64,000 nucleotides of DNA from assembly GCA_965112735.1 (NCBI GenBank), contig OZ218958.1, forward strand, positions 2,852,001 to 2,916,000, read 5' to 3'. Shown piece after piece: positions 12,998 to 27,500 of the stretch. This DNA is from Phaeosaccion multiseriatum. Its lineage: Eukaryota; Protista; Ochrophyta, other classes. The stretch's first letter is position 1. The number at the start of each line of letters is the position of its first letter. The translations under genes and the position numbers were made by a program. The notes under the pieces were generated by a model. That model was not told where the DNA came from and searched no databases. It saw nothing but the letters and a program-made list of their open reading frames with translations.

Positions 12998-15900
12998 TTA
13001 CAAGGCATGGGCGGGTTTGGGTGAGTGGGATGGGCGCCACGCGTCCCAGAACTGCTGCGACCCCACCTTATCCAGGGATAAGTTCACATCACAGAAGTGG
13101 TCGCGGAGAGCCAACCCGCGCACATGGCCGCCACCCCCGCCATCTGTGATCCCACTCCTCCCCCCCGGCCCTGCACTGCGCCCCCGCCTCTGCTGCTGCT
13201 GCTGCTGCTGTTGCTGTTGCTTGCGCCGGAGCTGCTGCTGCTGTTGCTGCTGCTGTATCACCAACTGCTCACGCTGTTGCTGCTCCAACTTCTGAGGCGC
13301 CCTCTTTGTCCCTCGAGTGTTGCGGGTAATCCCCGCCGCAATGTTGACGTTGTCACCCCCGGTCTTGCGTAGGTGGAAGGCAGTCGTGGCACCGCCATTG
13401 CGCCCCTCCGACAGCCTGAAGGGCGGCGAGACGGGTCGGGTGGTGCGGAACGAGTGGAGTCTCCCAGCGGATTGGAAGCCACCTCCTCCTCCTCCTCCTC
13501 CTCTCCCTCCTCCTCCTCCTCCTCCTCCTCCTCCTCCTCCTCCTCCTCCTCCTCCTCCTCCCCTCCCCCCCTCCGCTGGGGCGGCAGACGAAGACTGTAC
13601 TCTCGCACGAGCAGTGGCGGGCCTGCCTCTTTCTCGTCCTCCTCCTGCTCCCCGTCCCCGCCACTCTCCTCCTCCTCCTCTTCCTCCTCCTCCTCCTCCT
13701 CCTCCTGCAGCTGTTGTACCACCAACTGCTGCTGGTGATGACCTCAAGGGACGGGCGGTTTGGGGTCGCCTGGGTAGGTTGGGAGACGTGCCACCTCCTC
13801 TTTGAGCTCCATCAGCGGACACCCCTTCCTCGACTTGGGTCCCCCTCCCACCCATGTCCACCAAGTCCAGCCTTAAGTCGTCCCCGTCCCTCCTCTCCTT
13901 GTCCTTGGCGGCTGCTATTGCCCCCTTGGCGTCTCCGTTGGTCGAAATCCAGTCACTCTCCACCGCGGTGGGCCCATCGTCACCGAGCAAGATGACCCTC
14001 TGAGGCCCCCGCTGCTGCTCGATCATCCGCCGCTTGTCGCTACAAGTAGTGCCTCCTCCTCCTCCTCCTCCTCCTCCTCCTCCTCCTCCTCCTCCTCCTC
14101 CTCCTCCTCCTCCTCCTCCTCCTCCTCCTCCTCCTCCACCACCACCACCAGCAGCACCACCACCACCAGCACCCACGTTCCGCCGAGGCGAGTTGGGGCA
14201 TTCCCTCCTCCTGTCCGGGTTGGCGCTTCTCGCCCGGCGAGGAAGAGGAGGAGAAGAAGCGCTCCCTCGGCCCTTCGCCTTCGCCGTAGCTCCCCCTACC
14301 GCACCACTATCATCCTCGCGCTGTGCCACCACCTGCTCCTCCTCCTGCTCCTGCTGCTGCTGCTGCTGCTGCGGTTGTCGCCCCACAACCCGTGGGGGCG
14401 GGGGTTGGGGGTTTCCTCCCCCTCCACCTTCTCCTCCTCCTCCCCCTCCACCTTCCCCTGCTAGTGCCAGACACCTCCCTCTGGACGCCTCCTCGAGCAG
14501 CCTGTTTACTGTTGCGAGGGCCATCTCGGCTTCGATGGTCGAGGGAGAGCAGAGCACTTCCGACGACGACAGAAAGCGCCCTTGCTGACTCACTTGCTGA
14601 CTTACTTGCACACTCAAGGCAGGCGCAATTGAGTCCTGCTGATGCTTGCTCTTCTCCTTTGAAGCGCCTCCTCCTCCTCCTCCTCCTCCTCCTCCTCCTC
14701 CTCCTCCTCGTCCTCCTCCTCCTCCCCCTCCTGCTTCTCCTTCTCTTTTTCTCCCCCCCGCTCCTTCAGAGTGTCTAGCTGTCGCCGCGTTGACGCCATC
14801 ATGGTCCGACTGAGCCCTCCCTCTCCCTCCCCCTCTCCCTCTCCCTCTCCCTCTCCCTCTCCCCTCCCCCATCACCGCCTCCCACCCGCCTCCTTCTCGA
14901 CCTTCACCTGGGCCTTGTCTCATGCAATGCTCAGGAGTTTGACGAGGACAAGATGGCGGGGTGTCTCCGTGGAGCGCATGTCTGTGATACGCCGCCATAA
15001 TGTTGGCGTCAGCAATCTCAAGTTCTGTGCGGTGTACGGCGATGAGCTCATGCACCGCCGCACTCACCTTGCCAAAGATATGACTCACCATACCCCATAG
15101 GATCGGCGGTACACCTGCATCCTCCTCCCTCTCCTCCTGCCCTTCGCCCTGCTCCACCACCTCCTCCTCCTCCTCCTCCTCCCTCCGCTCCCCCCCCCCC
15201 TCACTATCCCTCCTCCTCCTCCTCCTCCTCCTCGTACCGCCCTTCCTCTTGTCCCTCCAGGCCAGCAATGTCTCTGCCCTGCTCTCCTCCTCACGGAGCG
15301 TATCACAAATGGTTCCAAGTATGCCCAACACGGCCGCTTCAGCCGATGCTTGCAGAGAGTCGGACGCCGCCGCGTCTTCATCCACTGCCACCCTCTCTCC
15401 ACCACCACCACCTCCTCCTCCTCCTCCTCCTCCTCCTCCTCCTCCTCCTCCTCCTCCTCCTCCTCCTCCTCCTCCTCCTCCTCCTCCTCCTCCTCCTCCT
15501 CCTCCTCCTCGTCGTCGTCCTGCTGTCTGGGCTCCTCCCACACCCACCATGAGGCTCTCGGAGAGGCTTGCCCCTGCCCTCTGTCCTGGCGGCGTCGTGA
15601 TGGTGGACAATGAGGCCGTGTCGCCGACTGCTGCTGCTGCTGCTCCTGCCGCTGCCATGCCTACTTGCCGTGACCCAGGCGGTGTAACCAACTGCTGCTG
15701 CTGTATCACCAACTGCTGCTGCTGCTGCTGCTGCTGCGTCGGCTCACTCCCCCACCCCCACACCGGCGGAGCGACCCCCCCGCCCCCTCGGGGATTGAAA
15801 TCTGCAGGCAGATAGTGCTCCCCTCGCATGGGGTGGAAAGAGCCCCCTGCCCCAGCCACATCGTGGGCACGTTGACTCTGGTTGTAACTGCTGTAACTGT

Positions 15901-16173
15901 TGTCATTGGGATGGTTGTGATGGTCGTGGTGATGTTGGTGAGGGTGTTGGTGGTTCAGCGAAGAAGACGTCGCCAGCATGAGCTGCTCGATGACTGCCAC
16001 TACCCGCTTGGCCTCCTTGGAAGCGGTTTCGGCGTCCAGGGCAGCCCCGCGGAGAGCCCTCTCCCTCCCCTTGAGAGAGAGATCGAGCTTACCAAGCAGA
16101 GCGTACACTTGGAGGTCAAACACGGGCTCCTCCTGCTGCTGTTGGTAGTGGTGCTGGTCCTTGTGTTGCCGCC

Positions 16174-16210
<37 letters not shown>

Positions 16211-16808
16211 ATGTTGGTGGTGGTGTTGATGTTGCATCCCCTTCTCCCCCCCTTGCCCTCTCTCCCCCTCGTCGAGTTGGAGATACACCGCGTCTTGTTG
16301 TCGCTGTGACTTCAAGTCGACATCGATATGAGCGGCCACAGCAGCGTAAGCTTTAGCTTTCGCTTCACCGTTCCCTCTCTCCTCCTTCTTCTCGCCCTTC
16401 TCCCATTCGCCCCCCTTTTCTTGCACCACCTCCCCCCCCCCCTTCTCCTCGTCCTTCTCCTCCTTCTCCTGCCATCCCTCCTGCCCCCGCTGCTCGCCTC
16501 CCTGCTGCCGTATCACCAACTGCCCCCCCTGGAAGAGCACTCTCCTCAGGTCAGTGAGGTTATCAATAGCACTCCACCGCCGACTTCCGAAGAAGTCACA
16601 CACGAGGCGGTCCAAATCTGCCAACAAAGCGTCTGCATCCTTGCCCCTGGCAGTTGGTGATACGGCGGAAAGGGCGGCTGCAGGGCTAATGGATCCGGTA
16701 GTAGCCCGGCGCGTTGTGGTAGGAGGAGGACTTCTGCTGCTGCTCCTCCTCACTCGGCTGCTGCTGCTGCTGCTGCTGCTACTGTTGCTGTTGCTGTTGC
16801 TGTTGCTA

Positions 16809-16844
<36 letters not shown>

Positions 16845-19087
16845 GAGGCCCCTCCTCCTCTTCCTGCCCCTCCTCCTTCTCCTCCTCCTCCTCCTCCTCC
16901 TCCTCCTCCTCCTCCTCCTCCTCCTCCTCCTCCTCCTCCTCCTCCTCCTCCTCCTCCTCCTCCTTCACCCCCTCGAGCGGTCTCTTGCTCCGCAGTACGG
17001 CTCGGGGCTGCCGAAGAAGGGCGTTTCGCAGTGCTCGCGAAAGGGGGCCTAGGGCTGGTAGACGCCGAGGAGGGGCGACGCCCGCCTGCTCTGGCGACAG
17101 TTGCACCACCACCTGCTACTGCTGCGGTATTGCCAACTGCTGTACCGCCAGAAGGGGGCGGACATGGAGAAGGAGAAGAGGGAGAGGGAGAGGGAGCGGA
17201 GGCGGCGCCGGCGGAGAAGGAAGGGCGGAAGGGGAAGGGCGAGGCGAGCGAGGAGGCCCTGCCAATCACGAAGCGATGCAGCTGCTCAAGCTTACCCCTA
17301 ATGGTGGGCACATCTGTCAGGTAGGCCTCTGCCGCCGTTACAGAAAGAAGGGCAAGGACGTCCTCCAGTGCGGCGCGTTCCATGCGCAACGATCGGACCC
17401 TTACGTACAGCTCCCGCACGGCCTCGCGTGCGACCTGTCTCTCGTGCAGCACTGCTGTTGGTGATACAGCCCCAGTTTGTGACACAGCAGTTGGTGATAC
17501 AGTAGCAGCAGCAACACCACTGTCGCCAGCGTGCCCTGCCGCGAGCAGCGCCTCCCCTTCCACGCCGGAGCCCTCTTCACCTGTGGCTGCTCCTGCTGCT
17601 GTTGTACCACCAACTCCTGCGTCAGATACGACCACCCCTTCTCCTCTCACCCCGGTCACAGCGGCAGGAGCAGGAGCAGCAGCAGAAACAGAAGCATCAT
17701 CGCCTATCCCCTTCCCCTCCTCCCTTCCCTCTTCCCCCCCGGGATGGGCAGGTTTCCATCCCATGCCCTTGAGCCTCGCGAAGGTCTCCTTTGCAACGCT
17801 GATCTCCGCCCCGAGCCTCAGTGCCATGACCCGCTTGGCGCTCACCTTGCGCAGACCCCGGGCATGGTCCATCATTGGTCCTCCAAAGTCGTCGCTGCCA
17901 TCTGTAGCACTGGCGGCGTTTTTCACCGTCGGACGAACGAGCGCGTCCAGTGCGGGGGAGGAACCTGTTGGTGATATAGTGGTCGTCGCAACAGGGTCAC
18001 GCTCAGCCTTGTCGGCACAAGCTGCCTTCTCTTCCTCTTGGCTAATCAGTGCCTCGACGGCGCCCACCGGGAACTTGTCCAGCCACTGGCCTTGCTGCCG
18101 ACTCATGGTGAGGACATGGGCCTCTCCTTCATGGCCCTTCTTCGTCGTTCTTGTCGCCGTGTTCTTCTTCTTCCTTCCCCTCTCACCCCCCTCCCCCTCC
18201 TCCTCCTCCTCCTCCTCTTGCTCTCTCTCTTGCTGCTCCTTGATGAGAGCAAAGTTGCCGTACTTCTTCAGGAAGGCCACATCTCTGGCGCGTTGAAGCT
18301 GCGACACTCCCGGCGGGGTGCACATCACTGCGCCCCTGAGTGCCGCGTTGTCGCGCAGCACCAAGGCCAGCTCTGCCTGCAGGTCTCCGAGCTGGCCTTT
18401 TAGGAGGGAGTGTTCCGCATACGATACACAGTTGGCATGCACGTCTTCATCTTCTTCTCGTCCTCCCTCTTGCTCTTCTTCTGTCCTTTGACGCTTACGT
18501 GTGTACCCTCTATTATGCGCTTCTCCTTTTCCTTGCCCTCCTCCTATTCGATCCTCTTCCTCGTCAACCTCCTGCTCGCTGTCTTCACTGCTCTCGCCGT
18601 CCTTGCTGTCTTCACTGCTGTCGCTATCATCACTCCCCTCGCCGCCGCCCCCCCCTCTCCTATGTCGTCGTCGTCCGCCAGAGGTGGGTGCTCCGTCCGC
18701 CCCCTCCCATCCCAAAAACTGCCCCAACTGCTTCAAATCGTGTCGACCTGAGAGGAGGGAGACAGGACGTGACCAGCCAAGGGAACGAATGACGGGTGAG
18801 AGAGGTTTGTTGTTGGGGGATGTCTCTCTTCGATTCCTTAGTTTTCCATGTCCTCCCTCACCTTGCACGGCGGCGTGAAGCATCTCCCTCTGCCGCAGTG
18901 AGTGCTTGATGTGTCTCCGCCGCTCCTCCACGAGGGCAAGATCTTTGGCCACGAGCAAGGTGCGCAGCTCCTCCATCTGACCGCACTGCCTGCAGTCCAC
19001 CATGCCGGCCCAGCCACCTGTCCCTTCTCCTCGATGGGGTGTGCTGCACGTCGCCTGCTGAGAGAGGGGGTGTTGGCACCGGACCAT
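12998..19087 (-). CDS. Large low-complexity protein with coiled-coil segments (~2030 aa, apparently one exon), function unknown
   Basis: Uninterrupted 6.1-kb ORF with poly-G/Q/E tracts and helical blocks (e.g. 'LLKGQLGDLQAELALVLRDNAALRG', 'REAVRELYVRVRSLRMERAALEDVL'). First in-frame ATG at 19087, alternative at 19003. No recognisable domain. Confidence 0.75.
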
Positions 19088-19347
19088 GATGATCCCTGTA
19101 GCCCTCCGTGAAGCAGAGCCTAGTTGCAATGCCTCATCTCTCTCTCGGCCGCATCCCCATCTTACAGTGGGCGGGACAAAAATTCTGTAACGTGAAATGG
19201 CACTCCATGCCGATGCCTCCGGAGGCCTCCATCCACCCTCAACCCCTCCCTCCTAGAAGTGTGGTATTTCCCCTAAAAAGAAGAGAGAGAGGGAGGCAGG
19301 GACTTCCTCCGGTGCTCTCCATCCCATGGAGCCATCGTGAGGGCAGT

Positions 19348-20593
19348 ATGAGGGGTTCATACAGCTTCTTTGTCGTCTTCCTCTGCTTTGCCAGCATTTT
19401 ACAAGTGGCAAGCTCTCAGAAGGCGGGAAGCGTGGCATCTTGGCCTGCTCCTCTGGCTCCTGCTGCTGAGGAGGGGTGGCCGCCTTCAGAGAGGCTGCGG
19501 AAAGAAGGAGAAGACGAGGAAGGTGTAGTTGACGAAGCACGAGCAGCCTTGGCGTCCTCCAGTGAGGCAATTGAAGATCGGTGGAACGAGAAGGATGTGC
19601 TTCTCGCAGATAGAGCAGCTGCTACACCCGCTCACCTCCACGCCTCTTCAGTCTCTTCGGCAGAGGCCCTTGATGAGGGGCAATCCGACTTGGCACTGGT
19701 GCGACTGGCGGGAGCGAGCGAAGGAGGAGGAGAAGAAGAAGGAGGAGGAGGAGGAGAAGGAGGAGGAGGAGGAGGAGGAGGAGGAGGGGAGAAGCAGCAC
19801 GGCGCTGATGGCGTTCCAGTGAAGGACGAGGATGTCTACGCCATTGTGGCTGTCACTGTCGATGGTGCCGTGCACACCTTTGATCCGTGGACAGGCGTAG
19901 AGAGGGGCTTCTTCCAGTCAGGAGGTCCTGTCATCTCCTCAAGCACTGTCTTTCAGGACAGATGGGCCTGCGATGAGTACAGCGACGACGCCGAGGGGGG
20001 AGATGGAGGGAGGGGAGGAGAGATGGGTTGTGGCTCTTCGATGGTGGTGCCAGGGCTGGATGGTGTCATATACACGCTGGAGGCGGACGGAAGCCTCCGC
20101 GTCCTCCCATTGACGGCGCCCGACCTGGTGCTTGAGCCCTCCATGGCGTGCCTCACTACAGGTGGGTGGATGGCAGTGGACGGGGGGTGAAAAAGGGGTG
20201 GAGAGCCTCATGAACTAGAGATTGGGGGTCACCCCCCCTGCCCTCCGCTGGGCTGTGGATCCTGGCTGGCTTGGGGTGTGTTGGGTTGGGGTGGGTGTTT
20301 CTTCTTTGGTTTGGTTGGGGAAAGCCAAGGGGGAAGGGCATCAAATGTATATTGCACCATGGCCTTTCCCCGCCTTCGTCTCTCGCCCTCTCCCTATCTA
20401 GACAGATCGTCTTGATGTGATGTGCGTACTGCTCGAGCTAGATCAAGCTCATCACTCTCCCGTTCATATATAGTTTGTTACAAATAGATCAAGCTCTTCG
20501 CCGCCAGAAACAGAAGAAGGCTTGTCCATCTTTCAGCATTTTCAACCCCCCTTTAAGCGTGCATACATCCTGCCTTACTCCCCCCGCTCCCTA

Positions 20594-20627
<34 letters not shown>

Positions 20628-23600
20628 CACACACACACACCTGCTGTGCCTCCCCGCTGACTTTTGTGTTGTTCTGCTGTTGGTACTCCCGTGGCGCAGA
20701 CGGAGACTCTCTGCGGAAGAACGAGGCATGCGGCTTGCTCATTGGGGAGAAGACCACCAAGCTCTTCGCCATAGACGCCATCGACGGCTCGGGCAGGCAG
20801 ATGCAAGCCTTTGGAGCAGAGCCGAATAGTGATACTGCCAAGGCCACACCCGCTGAAGCACCAACAGGGGTGGATGGGGAGGAGGAGATGGAGGAGAGCA
20901 GCGGCAGCAAACATCTGATGCAGAGAGACCAATACGTCGTGCGAGCGATCGACGTGCTCACCCATCGGGAGCTGTGGAATGTTACAGTGGCACACTTCAC
21001 AGCTCTCGACGTTCCTCAAAGCAGCATTAGTGGCAGCAGCAGCAGCAGCAGCAGCAGCAGTACCAACAGCAGTGGCAAGCGTCCGTGGGAAGGTAGCAGT
21101 GGCGAGCAGCCTCACTCACCGCCTCAGGGCGCATTCCCGCACTTTTTCCTGGAGGGAAACTCGTGGATCGTGGCGACGAACCCACGGGACGGGTCGACGC
21201 TGTGGAGGAGGCAAATGATGGCTTACACCACCTCTCTGCATGGGCTGTACCAGGGGGAGTGGGTGGACATCTCCCCTCCCCATCGACCCATGCGAATGAT
21301 GCTGGACATGGCGAGCGGAGAAGGGCATGAGGGGGGGGGGGCAGGCTCTGATGGGGATGGCGCCAAGGGGCTGGGGAGTATTAGCTCGCAGGGTGGTGCG
21401 AGTCAGAGCGGGGGGGCGGGTGATTGGATCACCTTTCTGCCTCCGCCTTTGACTACAAGCTACCTTGTAACCGACGGTTCTGAAGGGGGTAGCGGAGACG
21501 GCGTGTGGATGGGTGCTGGATTACCACCTGCTGCACTGCCTCCTCTGGACGGTGAATCGAGTGGATCGAGTGGCCGGGAGGGGGACGCAGCAGCAGGGGC
21601 GATGGTTCGAATTGATAGCGGCGGTAGGGGCAAGGGTGAGGATGCTTCGTGGGAGGGAGGAGGAGACAACATCAATGGGGTTGGAAGTGGAGGTGGAGAT
21701 GGAGGGAGGGTGGGTGAGGGTGGGGGGCGGCGGGGTAGTGGGCTCATGGAATGGGGCGAGCAGCAGCAGGGGCAGCAATTGCAACCGCATCAACCGCAGC
21801 AGCAGGAACAACCACATGGGAGGGGGAGTACGGGGATTCTCAACCGGCCCCAGCTAGGCTACCTGAACGATCACTTCTTTGTGTCTTCGTCTCTGCGACG
21901 AGCAGGCCCAGGAACAGGGGCAGGGGCGACAGGGAGTGTCGGTAGCGGGGTGGGCCCCGGCGTGACAGTAGGAGCAGGAGCAGGAGGAGAAGGTAGCAGT
22001 GGCAGTCTCCTTACTGGCTCTACTAGTGGTGAAGCAGGAGCAGGGGTAGTGGGCAATGAAGGAGGGCGAGCAGCAGTAGCAGCAGCAGGAGGAGGAGGAG
22101 GAGGAGGAGGAGGGGTGGGGAGGCCAGGAACAGGGGTGAGCTCCGTGTCCGGTGGGGGAGCCCTAGGGAAGCCCCCTCTCATGTCTGGTGGCAGCAACAG
22201 CAACAGGCTGTCTGGGTCGGATCGCTTCCCCCATCCAATGGGGGTGGCTTCGACGCGAGCGCGGGCTTCGGCTGGGGCGGGAGGAGGAGCAGCACCACCA
22301 CCATCTGCAGCAGCAGCAGCAGCAGGAGGAGGAGGAGGAGAAGGAGGAGAGCAGTCCATTCTTGCTGACATAGGCGGGGGCGGCGCCCCTCGCGACGCGG
22401 GTGGTGTCTGGACGCCGAGCTCCAAAGCAGCGGCATTGGGTAGGAAGCTTGGTGATACGGCAGCGTTGGGCAGAAATGTCGGTTACAATGCGGCACGAGG
22501 GGCGAGCACAGGGTCCGGGTGGGTCATGGCGCAGCTGCAGGAGTGGGCGACGCGGCAGAATGAGCAACTGCTTCAGGAGAAGAGGCTGGAGCAGCTGCGA
22601 ATGGAAGAGTACGAGCAGAATGCACTGCTGTACCCCGAGCTGCCCTTGCCCTCCCCGCGAAAGGCCCTGTATGAGAATGGGTTGTATCTGTCGTGGCAGC
22701 AGCTCGCTATATTGGTCGCTGCGGCGGGGGTGCTGTTTACTGCGCTTGCCTTTTCCATTCTCAAGTATCGAACGAAGAAAGCCCAGTGTGAGGATAATGC
22801 TGCTGGTGGTGTCGGGGAGGGAGTATTGGGTGTCGGGGAAGACCCCAACAACGAGAGCGTAGACTTCTTTAGAGAAGGCAGCGGGGATTTGAGGAACCCC
22901 CGCCCACGCGGCAAGACGGGTAAGGATCGGACGACAAGCTTCAATGGGGAATCAGATCTCTCTTGGGCCGAGGGGGTGGTGGTGGATGGGGAGGCAGGAG
23001 GGACTAACAGAGCAGGGGCGATGCTGCTGGTCAAAGGCAGCAGCCAGCAGGGAGGAGGAGGGCGAGGGACGGGTGTTGTCGGCGGCGGCGAGGAGGGAGG
23101 CCTCCAGGGGGTTACGATCACTCGGACTGTATCCATGCCCTTGCTGGGTGAAGCGATAGGCGACGTGGGAGGAGGGGCAGGAAGGGGGGGAGGAAGAGGA
23201 GGAGAGGGAGGACGGGGAGTGGTGCGAAGAAGTAAAAGTCCCATTGATGTGGGGCTTCTTCAGCGAGGACAAACAGAGGGCGAAAACAAGCGCGTGCGCA
23301 CGCAGCAACAGGCGGCGCTGTCCACCCTCTCGTCGAGGTCAGGATATAACGATGCTGCTGATGGTGGTGGTGGGAGGGGAAGGGGGAGGAGGGAGGCGAC
23401 GGGCGAAGGAGGGGGAGGTGAGGGGGATGAGATGATGCGGGAAGGGCGCTTGTCTTCGTGCCCTGCTGCCGCAGCATTCGCTCCAATACTCGACTCAAAG
23501 AAAGAGGCGACAGCAGCAGCGCTGGGAGAGCAGGAGATGGGTGGCGCGGCCGCACTGACTGGAGCTGACATTCAGAGGCAAACAGCAGGCTTGCAACCCT

Positions 23601-24555
23601 CCACCCCTCACCGTAACCCACAGCTGTCCCTGCCGCCCCCTCTGGGGCAAGCGGCACCCGTACCACCAATTGCTACACCTTCCCTGGGCCTGGGCCACAC
23701 CAACTCTCTGGACGTGACGGGAGGAATGCGGCCCATAGAGACCCTGGTACTGTCCGGCTCGGGGACGGGAGGAGGCGAGAACATCGCTCTGGTAAGAAGG
23801 AAGGAGGGGGAGGAGGCAGCGACGGATGCCACATGTGTGTGTGTGTGTGTGTGGTGATGGCGGGTCTCCCCTCCCTCTTCCTCCTCCTTCTCCATCTCAA
23901 CACATACCCCTTCTTTGTGCATTCATGCCCTTCCCCTGACTTATGCTACCTGACGCCCATATGCTGCCATATGCCCCCCCAGGTGAGTAACATGCGCTAC
24001 GCCAACGAGTTCGTGGAGGACAGTCGTCTTGGCAAGGGTGGCTTCGGCACAGTGCACAAGTGCAAGAACAGGCTTGACGGTATTGAATACGCCATCAAGA
24101 AGATCCGGCTCTCTTCGGAACCGTCCTGGCGGCCCCAGCTGGAGAAGGTAAGGGCGGGGGGGGGGGGGGGAGGGAGGGAGGGAGGATGGTGGTTTAGGAG
24201 GAGGGCTACTAGCCTGAAACCGGAACTGAAAGAGTTGGTTGTACATCTCGTGCGCGCGTCCTCCGCAAGGTGAAGATCCCCTCCCCCCCCCTTTCTCTCC
24301 CTCTCCCTCTCTCGCCCTGTCCATCTCTCTCTTCCCGTCTCCCCCTCCCTCCCTGGCCGTCTCTCTCTCCTCTCTCTATCGGCATCTTGCCTTATCCCTT
24401 GTCATGTTCTGTGCTGTGCTGTGCTGCCCATACGCCCGCGCAGGTCCTCCGCGAGGTTAAGATCCTTGCTTCGCTCGACCATCCCAACATAGTGCGCTAT
24501 TACCAGGCCTGGCTAGAAAGGATCAGCGAAGATGATGTACGTGACTAGAGACGAC

Positions 24556-24599
<44 letters not shown>

Positions 24600-27500
24600 G
24601 GTGTGTCTCTCTGTGTGTGTGTGTTGTCGTATGCCTCATACCATCTGCCCTTCCTCCTCCTCCTCCTCCTCCCCTCCCCCCTCCACCTCCTCCTCCTCCT
24701 CCTCCTCCTCCTCCTCCTCCTCCTCCTCCTCCTCCTTTGTGCCTCCCTCCGATGGCGATGACAGCTGGAGGCCCAGAATGCAATCGGGGCGATGGCCGGC
24801 AGCAGATGGACCAGCTCCCTCAACGACACTAATGCCCCCCCCTCGGGGAGAGGGCGTGGTGGAGGAGGGGGAGGAGGAGAAGAGGGGCGAGGTGGAAGTG
24901 GAACAGATGACGGCTATGGAGGGTTGGGAGGGTATGGAGCGAGTGGGTTAGGCTTCGATGATATGCGGTTTGGGGGTAGGTCACGCTGGGGAGAGGACTC
25001 TAGCTACGGAGCCGGGGCTGGAGGGTTGGATGAAAGCAGAGCAGGAGATGAGGCCAAGGAGGGTGGCGACGGAGCGGTGCACATGACGAGTAGGTGGGGG
25101 AGCAACAGCAGCTGGGGGGTGGGGGGCGGTGGAGGGGAGGGAAGCAGCAACGTTGGCGGCGACATGGCCTTGCTGAGGTCCATTGGTGGCGTTGGTGGTA
25201 AGGCTACCAGTCAGCAGCGAGGTGGATCCAGTGGGTTTGGGTTCAGTAGGGGGCTGAGCAGTGGTGGATTTGGCATGGAAAGCGTTGCCTCTGAAAATAG
25301 TTTTAGCGAGTGGAGTGAGGACGGTCGAGATGAGAATGACGACGAGGATGACGACGAGGATGACGACGATTATCTCCCAATGTATGAAGGAGAGGACCCA
25401 CATCGGCGGGCATCGGAGGAGGAGCAAGGAGAGGGAGAGGAAGGCAGGGCGGGGGGTGGGGGGCAGGCAGGAGGGGCAAGTTGTATTCGAAATATGAGCC
25501 GGCATAGCATTGCCGAGGAGGGAGAAGAAGACGACGCGGAGGACGATGGTGGAGGAAGTCGATCTACGCTAGAGCTGCTGGAGCGATCTCTGAGTAGGGT
25601 GAGCATCGGGAAGGACGGCGACGGCAGCAGTGGCGGTAAAGAGAGGGTTGCTGACGCTTCCTCCTCTCGCTTCTTTCCTTGCGGAGGAGCCACTGGAGCC
25701 AAGCAGCCGCAAGCGCTTAAGGATCGGGGGGCTACAGGTCTGAGAGAAGCCGGTCTGGGAGAGGGAGAAGGAGAGGGAGAAAGTAGTGATGGAGGAGGAG
25801 GAGGAGGAGGAGGAGGAGGAGGAGGAGGAGGAGGAGGAGATGGCCCTAGACGGAGAGGAGGAAAGCGCTTTGGGAGAATGAGTGGGGGAGTGAGCTTCGA
25901 CGACGCAGATGATCTCATCGAGTGGGATCGATCCCCCGTCAGCACGGAGCAGCAGCTCAGAGCGCCAGATCCCATTGGAGGAGCAAGCGGTGGTGTAGGA
26001 GGAGGAGGAGGAGGAGGAGAGGGGGGTGGTGGCCAAGGCGAAGGGAGCATCGGTAGTTCCGGTAGGCTCCTCTCTGACTCTGGCGAGGAAGGAGGGGGAG
26101 GGAGGCGAACCTCGTCACTTGAGTCTCTTGGGGGAGGGCATGTGTCCGACGTGTCCACTGCCATCGACGCCAGAAGTGGTGGGGACGGTAGAGATGGCAG
26201 AACAGACGATCTCTTCCCTGGTCTCTCTAACGAGCGGCATCACCACCACCAGCAGCAGCACCAGCAGCAGCAGCAGCAGCAGACGAGGACAGAACGGGAC
26301 GGAGGGGCAGGAGGCGAAGGAGGAGCAGAAGGAATCGGTGGAGAGGGTGGTGGAGTGAGGAGAGGGAAGAGCAATCGGGTGTCCACGTCGAGGGCGAGCC
26401 GCACATCGGGTAGCAGAGCCGCCCACAGCCACCACAGCCATAGACCCGCCCCCCCTGCGTACGACCTATGGTTGTACATTCAGATGCAGTTCTGCAATCA
26501 GCAGACGCTGCAGCATTACCTCCGCAACTCGCCGGACAGGCAGCAGCAGCAAGTGGACATTGCACATGCCCTCACTGTCTTCCTCCAGGTAAGCACCAAG
26601 AGTCAGCCAAGCGCAAAGCGCAACTTCTTACGTACGCTGTTATGTTTTTTTTGGTGTTGCTCTTTTGTGCTGGTCGCGTGTGTGTATGTGTATGTGTATG
26701 CGTGTGTGTATGGATGCGTGTGTGTGTATGTGTGAGTGTGTGTCCCAGATGGCCTCTCATCTCTCTCGCTCCCTCCCTCCCATCCACTGCCATCCCCCCA
26801 CAGGTGGCCAAGGGTCTGCAGTATGTGCACTCCCGCGGCCTCATCCACCGAGACCTCAAGCCCGACAATTGCTTCCTCATGGCCGATAACACCGTCAAGA
26901 TTGGAGACTTTGGCCTGTCCAGGCACTCCGGCGACATGGGAGAGGCAGCAGCAGCAGAGGCGGTGGCTGGGGGGGGGTTGAACCTCACACCGAAGGGAGG
27001 GGAGAGCGGCGGAGGAGGAAGGGGAGGAGGAGGAGGAGGAGGAGGAGGAGGAGGAGGAGGGGGGGGGGGGGGTGCGCTGTCGGGCGGAATCGGCACTGTG
27101 CTGTACGCCTCGCCGGAACAGACGAGCGGTCGGGACTACGATGAGAAGACGGATGTCTACTCACTGGTAAGAGGGAGGGAGGAAGGCTGTATGTATCTTT
27201 ATCCCCCGCCCCTGAAAAGGGCTGTCTTTGCGAGGCACATGCACTGCCATCGCTCTCCGCGCCCCCCCTTCACGTACAAACGGACCACGCACTTCACTAC
27301 TTGCTGACCAGGAAATCGATACTCAACCCGTCCCTCCTCCTCCTCCTCCTCCTCCTCCTCTACCTTTTTTCTGTAATTGCGTCAGGGGGTGATGCTGTTC
27401 GAAATGTGCTTCCCCGCCTTCGGAACCGACATGGAGCGTTTCATAACCTTGAGCAAGGCGCGCAACTCGTCATTCCCTCCGTCCTGGCACCTCCCTGAGA

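Noticed and set aside
13017-18878. Many plus-strand poly-Pro/Leu/Ser ORFs, and similar antisense ORFs throughout the window
   Set aside because: Shadows of GC-rich, triplet-repeat coding sequence on the opposite strand.
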